Part shown: piece after piece, positions 19,004-28,214 of the stretch | Position numbering within the stretch: the stretch's first letter is position 1 | Layout: the number at the start of each line of letters is the position of its first letter | Assembly: GCA_001770205.1 (NCBI GenBank) | Contig: MEQL01000035.1 | Location: forward strand, 1-64,000 | Direction: 5' to 3' | Source: Bdellovibrionales bacterium RIFOXYD12_FULL_39_22 | GTDB lineage: Bacteria; Bdellovibrionota; Bacteriovoracia; Bacteriovoracales; Bacteriovoracaceae | Length of the DNA: 64,000 nucleotides | The notes under the pieces: generated by a model | Told to the model about the DNA's origin: nothing | What the model saw: the letters and a program-made list of their open reading frames with translations, nothing else | Databases searched by the model: none | Translations under genes and position numbers: made by a program

Positions 19004-19972
19004 ATGTTTATTTCCAAAACAGCTAGGACTTTTTCCTTTATACTAGGCCTGGTTTTAACCAACTCGTTTGCTCTAACAGATTATTCCGATGTTTCAACTT
19101 CTTCCTCCGGTGGTGGAATGATGGGAGGAAATGCTCCCAGAATAATCTCAGCACCGCGCTCTACGCAAAATATCTCGAATGTATCACAAGGAAGTGTAGA
19201 GAGAGGTAGTAAATTGGCATTGGGTTTTTCTTTGGCCGGAAAATACGAAGCACTTAGCTTAGATCGCCGTTTAGGGGATGGGCCCGTTAGTATTTATACG
19301 CTGGAGGGCCATCTAGATACTGCTGCCAATTTATTTCTGGATTTATCCTATTCGGCAATTGCTAGTGGAACAACCCATATTGCCCCGGAAGGAGCGACGC
19401 TACAACCGGCAAACGCCAAAGTAATGGTCGGCCTAAACTGGCTCAAGTTAGGATCTGCTAGCGATATGGCCACATTTAATATTTTAGGGGGAGCTAACTT
19501 TGCTCCATCGGAATCTGATTTTACTTCTTCGCGCCTAGATAAAGTAGTTGGACTACAAACAGGGAAGAGGTTTTATAGTTTTATTTTAGATCTGGGCTAC
19601 GAGTTAACGCTAACCGAAGACGCAGACCAACTGGGAGAGGTTGATGTTGGAAATATTCAGAAATTTTACGGAAAGTTAGGTTGGATAGTTTCTTCGGACA
19701 TAGCTTTTCAACTAGAGGCCACAACGATCAGTATTAGCAGCAGCGATAATTTTACTCGTAATGCTTTATATCGTCTTACTTCGGATGTCGATTTTGGGTA
19801 TCTCTCTCCCAAATTAAATTTGGGACTGGGAAGACTGGTAGAGTTGGAATTGGGAGCGCTGTTTAGGCTTAAGCGGGCCGCCCAGATAGGGAAACTTTTG
19901 GATGCACATTTGTGGGATACTCATGGGGTATATGGAGATGGTATCTATTCTGCTCTAATTGTCTCAATATAA
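19004..19972 (+). CDS. Exported protein, probable outer-membrane beta-barrel
   Basis: AGGAGG SD, signal peptide (SFA), Ser/Gly linker, amphipathic strands. Confidence 0.65.
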   Translation: MFISKTARTFSFILGLVLTNSFALTDYSDVSTSSSGGGMMGGNAPRIISAPRSTQNISNVSQGSVERGSKLALGFSLAGKYEALSLDRRLGDGPVSIYTLEGHLDTAANLFLDLSYSAIASGTTHIAPEGATLQPANAKVMVGLNWLKLGSASDMATFNILGGANFAPSESDFTSSRLDKVVGLQTGKRFYSFILDLGYELTLTEDADQLGEVDVGNIQKFYGKLGWIVSSDIAFQLEATTISISSSDNFTRNALYRLTSDVDFGYLSPKLNLGLGRLVELELGALFRLKRAAQIGKLLDAHLWDTHGVYGDGIYSALIVSI

Positions 19973-19982
19973 CGTAGTGATT

Positions 19983-20897
19983 ATGACACACGATATTGCA
20001 ACTCCTTTATATTTTTGTAACAACTGTAAAAAAGTTTTTGATTCTTCAGATTCACTTTTTTTAGTGGAAGATAACTCTACTCGCGCTTTTTGTTCTGATG
20101 TTTGTATTGAGAAATTTTTTGCTCCGCTTGTGGAATTCTATGAAAAAAAGGTTCGTTCCCTGCGCACCATTGAGGGAGTTGAGAGTGAATTGTGTCTAGA
20201 TTATGTAAATAAGCGCGATAAAATGGGGCAACTATTAGTCACTCCAGATGAAATATATCTTCAAGAAAATACTCTTAAGGAAAAAATATATATATTTATA
20301 AAAAAATTTATCGATGATTCAAGTGGTGGAAGTGAAGAAGTTTTACCAATATATTTAATTATTTATTCATTAGTTTTTGAAATGAGTCCCTCCTTTATTA
20401 TTATGGCAACAGCAACTAGTTCTGATAAGTTATTGCAGCGACTAAAAATAGGAAGGAAGTTAGAGGATATCTCAGATTTTACTGCCAAGGCCAGAAGTAG
20501 TACTACAAAAGTAATGCAAATCGATACGGAGGTAATAACTTTGCTAGAGAGCAAAAGATCCTCTCTTTTGGCAAATCTCCTTTCCCGGCGGGTGGCCACG
20601 GATATCGCATTCGAAAAATTTCATGAGTATGAAAAATTTTATCAGGATACCTTGAATAATCCGGATGAGATCTACTCTTTTCAAGATAAAGATGGCGGAA
20701 ATATTTTCTCTTATATTAAGGCCCATGAAGAGAAGCGGCGCTCTTTTTATTACATCGTTCTATGTGTCAAATCCTCCCTCCGTGATTCCTCTGAAGAACA
20801 AGGAATATTTCCAGTACTTTCTTTTCCGACAACCGATGTTGCGCTATATAGTTATTACAGGTCTGGCGAAAAGATCAGTGGTGGATTTAAAAACTAA
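19983..20897 (+). CDS. Zn-finger + tandem PBECR2-like nuclease-fold protein
   Basis: CNNC...FCSDVC N-terminus; two repeats of (L/T)LxxPDEIY...(F/Y)IK. Confidence 0.6.
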   Translation: MTHDIATPLYFCNNCKKVFDSSDSLFLVEDNSTRAFCSDVCIEKFFAPLVEFYEKKVRSLRTIEGVESELCLDYVNKRDKMGQLLVTPDEIYLQENTLKEKIYIFIKKFIDDSSGGSEEVLPIYLIIYSLVFEMSPSFIIMATATSSDKLLQRLKIGRKLEDISDFTAKARSSTTKVMQIDTEVITLLESKRSSLLANLLSRRVATDIAFEKFHEYEKFYQDTLNNPDEIYSFQDKDGGNIFSYIKAHEEKRRSFYYIVLCVKSSLRDSSEEQGIFPVLSFPTTDVALYSYYRSGEKISGGFKN

Positions 20898-20900
20898 GCC

Positions 20901-21593
20901 TCAGTAAAAAGTGTAAAAGACAAAGGCCCCGACGGCATTAAAGGCCTGACAATAAGAGGTGTCTCCGTAGTGAGTTGCCATCCAATTAGAACAGAATAGA
21001 TAGGCGTCAGGAGACAGAAGAGATTGGTAGGGGTAACCAAATGGTGGGCCATAGTTGTGCGCTTCATCCTTCATCATCATTACGCTATTTGGGGTGATAT
21101 TGGTGTAATTAATTCGATTGATGTTTAAAGATAGTGAATAGATCGTTTTGGCATTATAGATAAAAAGACAACGTGGCTCTCCAATGTAAAAAGATCCACT
21201 TTGATTTCCGTAGGTAGGAATTAAGCAGAGTCGATTGGCGGTAATAGGGGTTTGTACTTGAATGTATAGTTTTTTTGCATCCGTCGTGCTTTGACACAAA
21301 GTGAATTTTCCAACGTGAGCATTATATGATTTATAACCAGAATTGCCATCAGTAGAAAAAGTACAAGTAGAGGGGATATCGGTTGGAATAGTTCCCGTGG
21401 TACTGGTAGAAGTTTCGGATGGCACTGGAGTAGGTGTTGATTCGATGAGGGTGGTATCGTTGATTCCATCAGTAAAGGGGTTTGTGTTTTCAGTACTTCC
21501 ACCGCTAAAAGCAACTCTTCTGTCGCGCGGAGGATTGCAGCTGATAAGTGTCAGTAAAAATGCAGAAAAAAGCAAAGTTATAACTATTTTCAT
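20901..21593 (-). CDS. Cys-containing lipoprotein with Thr/Ser/Pro linker
   Basis: Lipobox LISC, T/S/P-rich tether, six Cys in the folded domain. Confidence 0.8.
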   Translation of the reverse strand: MKIVITLLFSAFLLTLISCNPPRDRRVAFSGGSTENTNPFTDGINDTTLIESTPTPVPSETSTSTTGTIPTDIPSTCTFSTDGNSGYKSYNAHVGKFTLCQSTTDAKKLYIQVQTPITANRLCLIPTYGNQSGSFYIGEPRCLFIYNAKTIYSLSLNINRINYTNITPNSVMMMKDEAHNYGPPFGYPYQSLLSPDAYLFCSNWMATHYGDTSYCQAFNAVGAFVFYTFY

Positions 21594-21636
21594 ATAAGGG
21601 CCCTTTTTATCTTGTTAACCCTGTTATCGTTTTTAC

Positions 21637-21663
21637 ATTTCGGATTAATTAAGATTAATATTA
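21637..21663 (-). promoter_or_regulatory. Putative sigma28 (FliA)-like promoter
   Basis: TAAT-N15-TCCGAAAT versus consensus TAAA-N15-GCCGATAA; same -10 box as at 46351. Confidence 0.45.
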
Positions 21664-21725
21664 AATAATTATTAGAAGAAGATCCAACTTAAAGCAGATT
21701 GTCACATTGTTTTGGTCTGGTATTT

Positions 21726-23030
21726 ATGAAAAAGTTTATTCTCTCTGCCTTGCTTATTTTATTTATTATTATGTTAGGGCCCTATATTTTGTATTTTAAA
21801 ATTGTTCGGGACGGCATTGAAAGCGATTATTTAACAATTAGAAGTGCGGCCATCGGATTGGCAATTGACCAAAAACTTTTTGAGAGTGCAACATTGCCTG
21901 AAGAGTTAGATTATATTAAATCTTTATGGCGGCCATTTCATTTTATCAATTACTCGGTGTTGCTTCCAGTTGCTCATCCAGAAATTTCGCTTGTTCCAAT
22001 AGTAAAAAAAGCTTCGGGAGAGCGATATCTTAATTTGGGTTTTATCTTTACCGATGTTCGTAATAAAAAACTATTTTCATTTCAAACTAAAGGGCAAAGT
22101 TTTTTTGAAACTTTTTTAGATAAGCATAAATTATTCAATTTGCCACTATTTAGAAATTATATAATGGCAAAAGATACAGAAGAAATTTGGAATGATCTTT
22201 TCACTAAGGACTTGGCCTTAGCGGCCCAAGAGAAGGGAGAGCAAGGTAGTCCTTCTTTGCTTGCGCGAATAACAAAGTTATGGGGAAACTCTTATCGAGA
22301 GTTAGTATATGATTTATTCATCTATAACTTGCGAATAAATATATTTCCCAGTGGGATAAAAAAGATTTTATACTTTCCATTAAAAAAGTTAGCGGCCATA
22401 GAAATATGGGCGGGTAAGAAAATTGATTCTTTCATGAAGACTGAAGAAATATTTATCTTAGTTGATAAAACATTGCTGAGATTAACTATTGAAACTGATC
22501 AATCAAATTCCCAGGGTGGCAATTTGCGAAATATTTTTTTAGTTAATTTGGCCTACAAAGAGGAAGCGGAAAATTCTTTTGGCCTTCTTTATGATGAATT
22601 TCGTGGACTACCCATTGATATGCGCAAGGATCAGGTGGGAATGATTTATTTAATGTCTGCCTGGTCGCACAATTTGTTGGAAAAAAAAGTCTTGCAGGAG
22701 ATAATTTTTTATTTGGAGAAGGGGCGTGGTAATTTTATGCAACTAGATCCATTTTATCAATATGCTTACGAAGTCTACGGAGATACTCTTTCTTCAGTGG
22801 CCAATAAGATTGATGATGCGGATGTATCTTTGAAAAAGAAAATTTTAGAAGAACTAGACAAAGAGACATCGCAAGAAAAAAAACAAGAGCTATTAAATTA
22901 TCAAGGGAACTTTGATAGTTCGGCAGAGAAGGTGGAGTTTTATTTGAGAAAGGCCAAAGGTGAAAGTGCTCCATCTGACAACAATGAAGATAAAGATTCT
23001 TTAGAAGAAAATACGCTTTATGGGAACTGA
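21726..23030 (+). CDS. Hypothetical membrane-anchored protein
   Basis: MKK + hydrophobic N-terminal helix; long ORF; no motif recognised. Confidence 0.75.
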   Translation: MKKFILSALLILFIIMLGPYILYFKIVRDGIESDYLTIRSAAIGLAIDQKLFESATLPEELDYIKSLWRPFHFINYSVLLPVAHPEISLVPIVKKASGERYLNLGFIFTDVRNKKLFSFQTKGQSFFETFLDKHKLFNLPLFRNYIMAKDTEEIWNDLFTKDLALAAQEKGEQGSPSLLARITKLWGNSYRELVYDLFIYNLRINIFPSGIKKILYFPLKKLAAIEIWAGKKIDSFMKTEEIFILVDKTLLRLTIETDQSNSQGGNLRNIFLVNLAYKEEAENSFGLLYDEFRGLPIDMRKDQVGMIYLMSAWSHNLLEKKVLQEIIFYLEKGRGNFMQLDPFYQYAYEVYGDTLSSVANKIDDADVSLKKKILEELDKETSQEKKQELLNYQGNFDSSAEKVEFYLRKAKGESAPSDNNEDKDSLEENTLYGN

Positions 23031-23154
23031 TTTTTTTATTATCCAGTAACACTTCGACACCAATAGACCTTAATGAAATCATTTGTACACTACCAATTTA
23101 GGGTGTGCTGTAGTCCAATTGTTTATAATTGCTATTGCCGGACAACGAGAATCA

Positions 23155-23171
23155 TTGGCATTGATAGTGCA
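23155..23171 (+). promoter_or_regulatory. Putative sigma54 -24/-12 promoter
   Basis: TTGGCATTGATAGTGCA: GG at 23157-58 and GC at 23169-70, exact 10-nt spacing. Confidence 0.55.
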
Positions 23172-23196
23172 TTCCAATGCTGCGATCCTTTTTTGA

Positions 23197-23736
23197 ATGG
23201 AGGTTTTGGTGGCATTTAAGCACTATGTAAAATTTTTATTGTTAATAATAATTTCTTTGGCAGGCGCAACTCCCATTATGGCCGTGGAGAGTGAACTAGT
23301 ATCTATAACTAGTGACGTTGATAGTAGTGTTACTAAAATTTTGTTAGAGTTTGATGAAGATAGCGAGGAAATAATAAAAATTATTCAAAGAGAGGATCTC
23401 CAAAAGAGAGATAAAATAGCGAAGGCAAAAGAATGGTGTGTGGATGAACTGTTAAGTGATCATGGCGTAGTATTAAAAAAGGCATCAGGTAGAGATATTA
23501 TTGCCTTAAAGAGTAACAATATTTCCTTTATAGATGGAGGTAGTCTTATTCTAAGTTACTTATACAGTGGTATTTCTGGAGAGCATAAGCAGATAGATTT
23601 GGAGATCGCTAAAGTAGAAGATGAACAGTGGGCACTATTTAATCGTGATGGATCTAAGATTGAGCACATGCACTTTGTGGCCAATAAGAAAATTTTTGTT
23701 GGTGTTATTGGTATTAAGCAAGTTATTTTAAAATAG
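23197..23736 (+). CDS. Hypothetical exported protein
   Basis: Signal peptide; GGAGG at the 5' end suggests an alternative GTG start at 23209. Confidence 0.75.
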   Translation: MEVLVAFKHYVKFLLLIIISLAGATPIMAVESELVSITSDVDSSVTKILLEFDEDSEEIIKIIQREDLQKRDKIAKAKEWCVDELLSDHGVVLKKASGRDIIALKSNNISFIDGGSLILSYLYSGISGEHKQIDLEIAKVEDEQWALFNRDGSKIEHMHFVANKKIFVGVIGIKQVILK

Positions 23737-23836
23737 AGTTATCTCAATAAAATGGCAATAAATTCCAGTTGATTCGTATTTAGGATTTAGGTAATCTTAA
23801 ATCTTAAGATTATATTAATATCCAATAGGTATATAA

Positions 23837-25609
23837 GTGATTGATCAAAGTTTAATCCGAGATTTTATTATGCAGACGGAAAGCATGCGGATCTCTCTTG
23901 GTAAAATAGTTGAGCAATTAGGTTTGAATATAGAGCGGCCAAAACTATTTGAGCAATTTGGTCAGCAAATAGATGCGATATACGGGGTATTAAGCATGAT
24001 AAATGTGCCCATTTTTGCTGAGTATACTTTGAAGATGAAAGAAATGTGTTACAAGTGTAGTCGTAGCGATAGTGAAAAAGGGCGCAAGAAAAGCTTAGAA
24101 TTAATGAAAGCTGGAGTTTCTTTCTTGGGCGTTTTAGTTGAAAAAATTTCTAATCCAGAAGAATTAGAGAAGATTAATTTTCAAGTTAACCTTGATTTAA
24201 AAAAAATAGAGCGAACCACCATCCAATATTTTAATAATATCAAAATGGGCAGTATCCAATATGAAGAGGATACACTTTCTATTCTTATTTTTGAAAAAAA
24301 AGGTGGAATTAAGTCAACGGTTGAAGAGGCAAAAAAGAAATATTACCCGGCACCAATATTTGCTAATGCTCCAGGAGGATATCGCAAAGAGTTAGCACGA
24401 AATAATTTAAAAATTGCAGGAATTGTCATTGATACAGAGTTAAGCAGTAATATCTGGCTAAGTCTCATTGAGCAGGCGCATATGTTTCGTCCGGGAGTGC
24501 CGATTTTATTAATCAACCAAGATAAAGATATTTTCGAAGAAATTAATAAAGGGAAATTAAATATTCAAGGAGTAATTACTCGGCCCAAGGACTTTCAAAA
24601 GTTGATTGATATATTCAAAAATAAAGAGGGGCAAGCAGAGATAGTTTCCGTAGAAGGAAAAAATGTCGTGGACAATGCTGAGGAATTTATTGATGTTTTG
24701 GCAGTTAATTTTACCATGGGGTATTCCGTTCCTTTTTCTGTTTATCTTCGTCTAGATAATGGGCGTCATCTAAAAATTGTCAGGAGAGGTGATAGCATAG
24801 ATGAGGAACAACTTTTGCGGCATCAGAGCAAGGGGATTGCTAAGTATTACGTGGAAAAGAAAGAGTTCAATTCTTATTTGGATTATTGTAGAGAGGAGGT
24901 TAGCAGAATTTTTTCCGATTCCTCTTTAGAAATAAATAAACGAAAAAATCGTTTTTTGGAGATTGCCGAGGAAACTCATAATTTTTTGCAGACAACTAAG
25001 TTAGGGCCAGAGCATCTGAAAGTTGCTGAAGTTTTTACAGAACAATCAGGGAATTTAATTGCTGAGCTGGCCAAGGATAATAAAAATTTAAAGCAGTTTA
25101 TACTCGATTTAGAAATGCAAGAGCATGCTGTTTCGGTGGCCTTAATGTGTGGTGTTTTGTTGAAAGAGATTGATGCTGCCGGCGAAATATATAATGAAAT
25201 TAGTCTGGCCGCGTTTTTGCACGATATAGCGTTGATAAATGAATCTTCGATTGTTAAAAGCGAAGATGTTCGTTTTATGGATGAAAATGAGCGGGCAATT
25301 TTTTTGGGCCATCCAAGTAAAAGTGCGGCAGTGGCCAAGGAATTAGGCTTAAAACCGGCCATTGTAGAAGCTATTGCTCAGCATCATATGCGATTAGATG
25401 ATAGTGGATTTCCTAAGTTAAAAAAAGGGACGGCCAATAAAGTTAATCGTATTGCTGAATTAATTGGTTTGGCAGAAGATTTTTTACTTTTGCTCAAATT
25501 ATCAAAAGAGGATAACAATATTGATCCATTTGCCAAAATGAGCTATGAGTTATCTCAAAAATTCTCGATAACGATTCAAAAAGCATATAGAAAAGTTTTT
25601 GCTATTTAG
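23837..25609 (+). CDS. HPt-like / REC-like / HD-GYP-like signalling protein
   Basis: C-terminal EHAVSVA, FLHDIA, HP, QHHMRLDDSGFP; N-terminal helical bundle and a degenerate receiver-like region. Confidence 0.75.
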   Translation: MIDQSLIRDFIMQTESMRISLGKIVEQLGLNIERPKLFEQFGQQIDAIYGVLSMINVPIFAEYTLKMKEMCYKCSRSDSEKGRKKSLELMKAGVSFLGVLVEKISNPEELEKINFQVNLDLKKIERTTIQYFNNIKMGSIQYEEDTLSILIFEKKGGIKSTVEEAKKKYYPAPIFANAPGGYRKELARNNLKIAGIVIDTELSSNIWLSLIEQAHMFRPGVPILLINQDKDIFEEINKGKLNIQGVITRPKDFQKLIDIFKNKEGQAEIVSVEGKNVVDNAEEFIDVLAVNFTMGYSVPFSVYLRLDNGRHLKIVRRGDSIDEEQLLRHQSKGIAKYYVEKKEFNSYLDYCREEVSRIFSDSSLEINKRKNRFLEIAEETHNFLQTTKLGPEHLKVAEVFTEQSGNLIAELAKDNKNLKQFILDLEMQEHAVSVALMCGVLLKEIDAAGEIYNEISLAAFLHDIALINESSIVKSEDVRFMDENERAIFLGHPSKSAAVAKELGLKPAIVEAIAQHHMRLDDSGFPKLKKGTANKVNRIAELIGLAEDFLLLLKLSKEDNNIDPFAKMSYELSQKFSITIQKAYRKVFAI

Positions 25610-25623
25610 CGAGACCATTGACA

Positions 25624-27498
25624 TCAACTAAAAACAGAAATCAAGTGATAGGCCAGTGATGCCATTATGGTCGCCATGGTGGCCGTATAGAAAACAGTAA
25701 AAATTGGCCATCGCCAGGAGTTTGTTTCTTTTTTTATTACTGCTAATACCGATAAGCATGGAATGTATAGCATAATAAAAACTATCATAGCTACTGCTCG
25801 TGCTATATTCCATTCCGAGGATTGTGATAGTTTTTCACTGATGGAGAATGATTCTTCTTTGCTGCTTTCATGTTTGATTGAATAAGTCGTGGAAAGAGTG
25901 CTGATGATTACCTCTTTGGCGGCCACCCCGGCCATTAGTGCTACATTCGTTTTCCAATCAGAACCGAACAAATATTTTGTGGCAGGATCGATGGCCGAAC
26001 CGATTTGTCCTGCCCAGGTCTGCTTAAGAGCAATTTCCTCTGTTTGTTGATCAAGGTTAACTTTGGGATAGTTGATAAGCACCCAAAAAATTAAAGTTGC
26101 CACTAAAATGGTTGTGCCGGCCTTCTGTATATACATCAAGGTTTTTTGCCACATGGCCATTAGTAATCCTCGTATCGTGGGAAGACGATAAGGAGGGAGT
26201 TCAATTATAAAGGGTTCAGTTGCGCCATGAAGTATTGTCAGACGAAGGAGTCCGGCCAAAGCTAGGGCAATTCCCCAGCTAAACAGGGAAATAGCTATCA
26301 TCGCCAGTGCTTGATTTGCTGGGAAAAAAGCGGCAATGAACATACCATAGACAGGTAGTTTACCACCACAATTCATAAAAGGAACGGTGAGCATCACTGC
26401 AAGTTTTTCTCTATCATTGCGAAGAGTCCGAGTTGCCATAATTCCTGGAACAGCACACCCTCCAGCAATTCCTCCTGCGATTATATAGGATAAAATTGCG
26501 CTTCCATGCAAACCAAAAACTTTAAAGATGCGATCAAGCATAAAAGAGATTCGACTTAAATATCCACTTTCTTCAATAATGCCAATAAGCACAAACATAA
26601 GAGCAATGAGTGGTGTAAAAGACAGCACGCCGCCCACACCATTTAATACCCCATCAATGAGCGCAGATTTTATTAGGCCATCTGCTAGATGAAGCTCTAG
26701 ATAATTTTGTAAAGCAAATAGTATACTATCAATTCCCTCGGTGGCCAAAGCACTTAAAGAAAAGATTAACTGATAGATTGGCCAAAGAATCATGATAAAA
26801 AGTAGTGGTCCCCACAAGCGATGAGTGGCAAATTCATCGATTTTTTCGGATAATCTGCGATCGAGAGAAGTGGTGCGCTTAACACATTTTTCAACGAGAG
26901 AAAAAATGTAGTTATATTGGGCCTGGCCTTTGCTGTCCTCATTAGCTGGCCCAGCATTGTTCCCAGTAGCTATCTCAAAAGCAGAAGATATAAAGGCATT
27001 AGGTATTTTATTTTCCTTGAAACTTTTAATGGCAGTGGTTAGTTGTCCAATTCCAACCTTGCTTTTAGCTGCACATGGAATAACGGGAACCTTTAGTTCT
27101 TCAGATAACTTTTTATAATCGATAAAAATTTTATCTGCTAGAGCGACATCCGACATATTCATCGCTATGATGGTTGGTATTTTTAATTCTAGTAGTTGAA
27201 TAGTTAAATATAAATTGCGCTCAAGATTTGAGGCATCAACAACGTTGATGATAAGATCAGGCCTTTGATCTATCAAGTAGCTTCTTGTAATCACCTCATC
27301 TTGTGAATAAGTTGATAGGCCATAAATTCCTGGAAGGTCAATTATCATATCTATCGCGACATCAGCAGATTTTAGTTTTCCCACTTTTTTTTCAACTGTC
27401 ACCCCAGGATAATTACCTACATGCTCATGTGAGTTAGTGAGAGCATTAAAGATAGTAGTTTTTCCTGCGTTGGGATTACCAACAAGTGCGATATTCAT
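25624..27498 (-). CDS. feoB: Ferrous iron transporter FeoB
   Basis: GNPNAGKTT, NYPGVTVEKK, DLPG, NMSD, EESGYLSR, PFMNCGGKLP, ELPPYRLP, YIPC. Confidence 0.97.
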   Translation of the reverse strand: MNIALVGNPNAGKTTIFNALTNSHEHVGNYPGVTVEKKVGKLKSADVAIDMIIDLPGIYGLSTYSQDEVITRSYLIDQRPDLIINVVDASNLERNLYLTIQLLELKIPTIIAMNMSDVALADKIFIDYKKLSEELKVPVIPCAAKSKVGIGQLTTAIKSFKENKIPNAFISSAFEIATGNNAGPANEDSKGQAQYNYIFSLVEKCVKRTTSLDRRLSEKIDEFATHRLWGPLLFIMILWPIYQLIFSLSALATEGIDSILFALQNYLELHLADGLIKSALIDGVLNGVGGVLSFTPLIALMFVLIGIIEESGYLSRISFMLDRIFKVFGLHGSAILSYIIAGGIAGGCAVPGIMATRTLRNDREKLAVMLTVPFMNCGGKLPVYGMFIAAFFPANQALAMIAISLFSWGIALALAGLLRLTILHGATEPFIIELPPYRLPTIRGLLMAMWQKTLMYIQKAGTTILVATLIFWVLINYPKVNLDQQTEEIALKQTWAGQIGSAIDPATKYLFGSDWKTNVALMAGVAAKEVIISTLSTTYSIKHESSKEESFSISEKLSQSSEWNIARAVAMIVFIMLYIPCLSVLAVIKKETNSWRWPIFTVFYTATMATIMASLAYHLISVFS

Positions 27499-27500
27499 AA

Positions 27501-27731
27501 CTATGCCATACGAACCATAATTTTTTTAGCATCATCTTTTCTAATCATCACAGAGTGGTTACGTAGACGAATTTCCATGGGATCTCCCAATGGGGCGGCC
27601 TTACGAAAAATTATTTCCATTCCAGGAATTAGGCCAATGTCTCGAGCACGCCTAGCGAAAGGTCCACTTTCGACAAATGAATCTATTATTGCTAATTGGC
27701 CTTGTTCTAAATTTGCCATAGGTATAGTCAT
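27501..27731 (-). CDS. feoA: FeoA
   Basis: RARDIGLIPG..APLGDPMEIRLR; AAGGAG SD; adjacent to feoB. Confidence 0.92.
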   Translation of the reverse strand: MTIPMANLEQGQLAIIDSFVESGPFARRARDIGLIPGMEIIFRKAAPLGDPMEIRLRNHSVMIRKDDAKKIMVRMA

Positions 27732-27741
27732 AAAATTCTCC

Positions 27742-28038
27742 TTAGCTGCAGTTACAAATTTTGCTATTGTCACTTTTGCAAAGACAGCAAAGATCACATG
27801 CTGATTTTTTTTGAAAGGAATTCTTTAAAGGTCTCGTACCGATCAGCGCGGCATCTGATATTTTTATTTCTGCAATCTTACCTTCATTTATGCTGATTAA
27901 AATTCTATCTAAACTTTTTTTTACAATCTTTAATTTATCACCACTTTTTATGCTTGTATCACCTTGACTAAAATCACTATCTGACAAAATTGGCACGTTG
28001 ATATCGCAAAAAATAAGTGGAACTTTTCCATTTGTCAT
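27742..28038 (-). CDS. Degenerate FeoA/SH3-like protein with Cys-rich tail
   Basis: IKSGDKLKIVKK...ILISINEGKIAEI..DAALI resembles FeoA; C-terminus CDLCCLC...CNCS. Confidence 0.6.
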   Translation of the reverse strand: MTNGKVPLIFCDINVPILSDSDFSQGDTSIKSGDKLKIVKKSLDRILISINEGKIAEIKISDAALIGTRPLKNSFQKKSACDLCCLCKSDNSKICNCS

Positions 28039-28057
28039 ATTTGACTTCCTTGTCTCT

Positions 28058-28086
28058 ATTATACGCCACTTTGTTGGTTGGGTCAA
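28058..28086 (-). promoter_or_regulatory. Sigma70-type promoter of the feo operon
   Basis: TTGACC-N17-TATAAT on the minus strand, 19 nt upstream of the ATG at 28038. Confidence 0.75.
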
Positions 28087-28214
28087 ACAGTGATTTGCTG
28101 ACACAAACATTGTCTTGCCAATTCAAACATTTATCCTTGTCATAGAAATATGTTTACGGATTGCCGGCAATAAGTAACCATAATTGCACAAAAATAGAAC
28201 ATAGGGGCGCAGAA

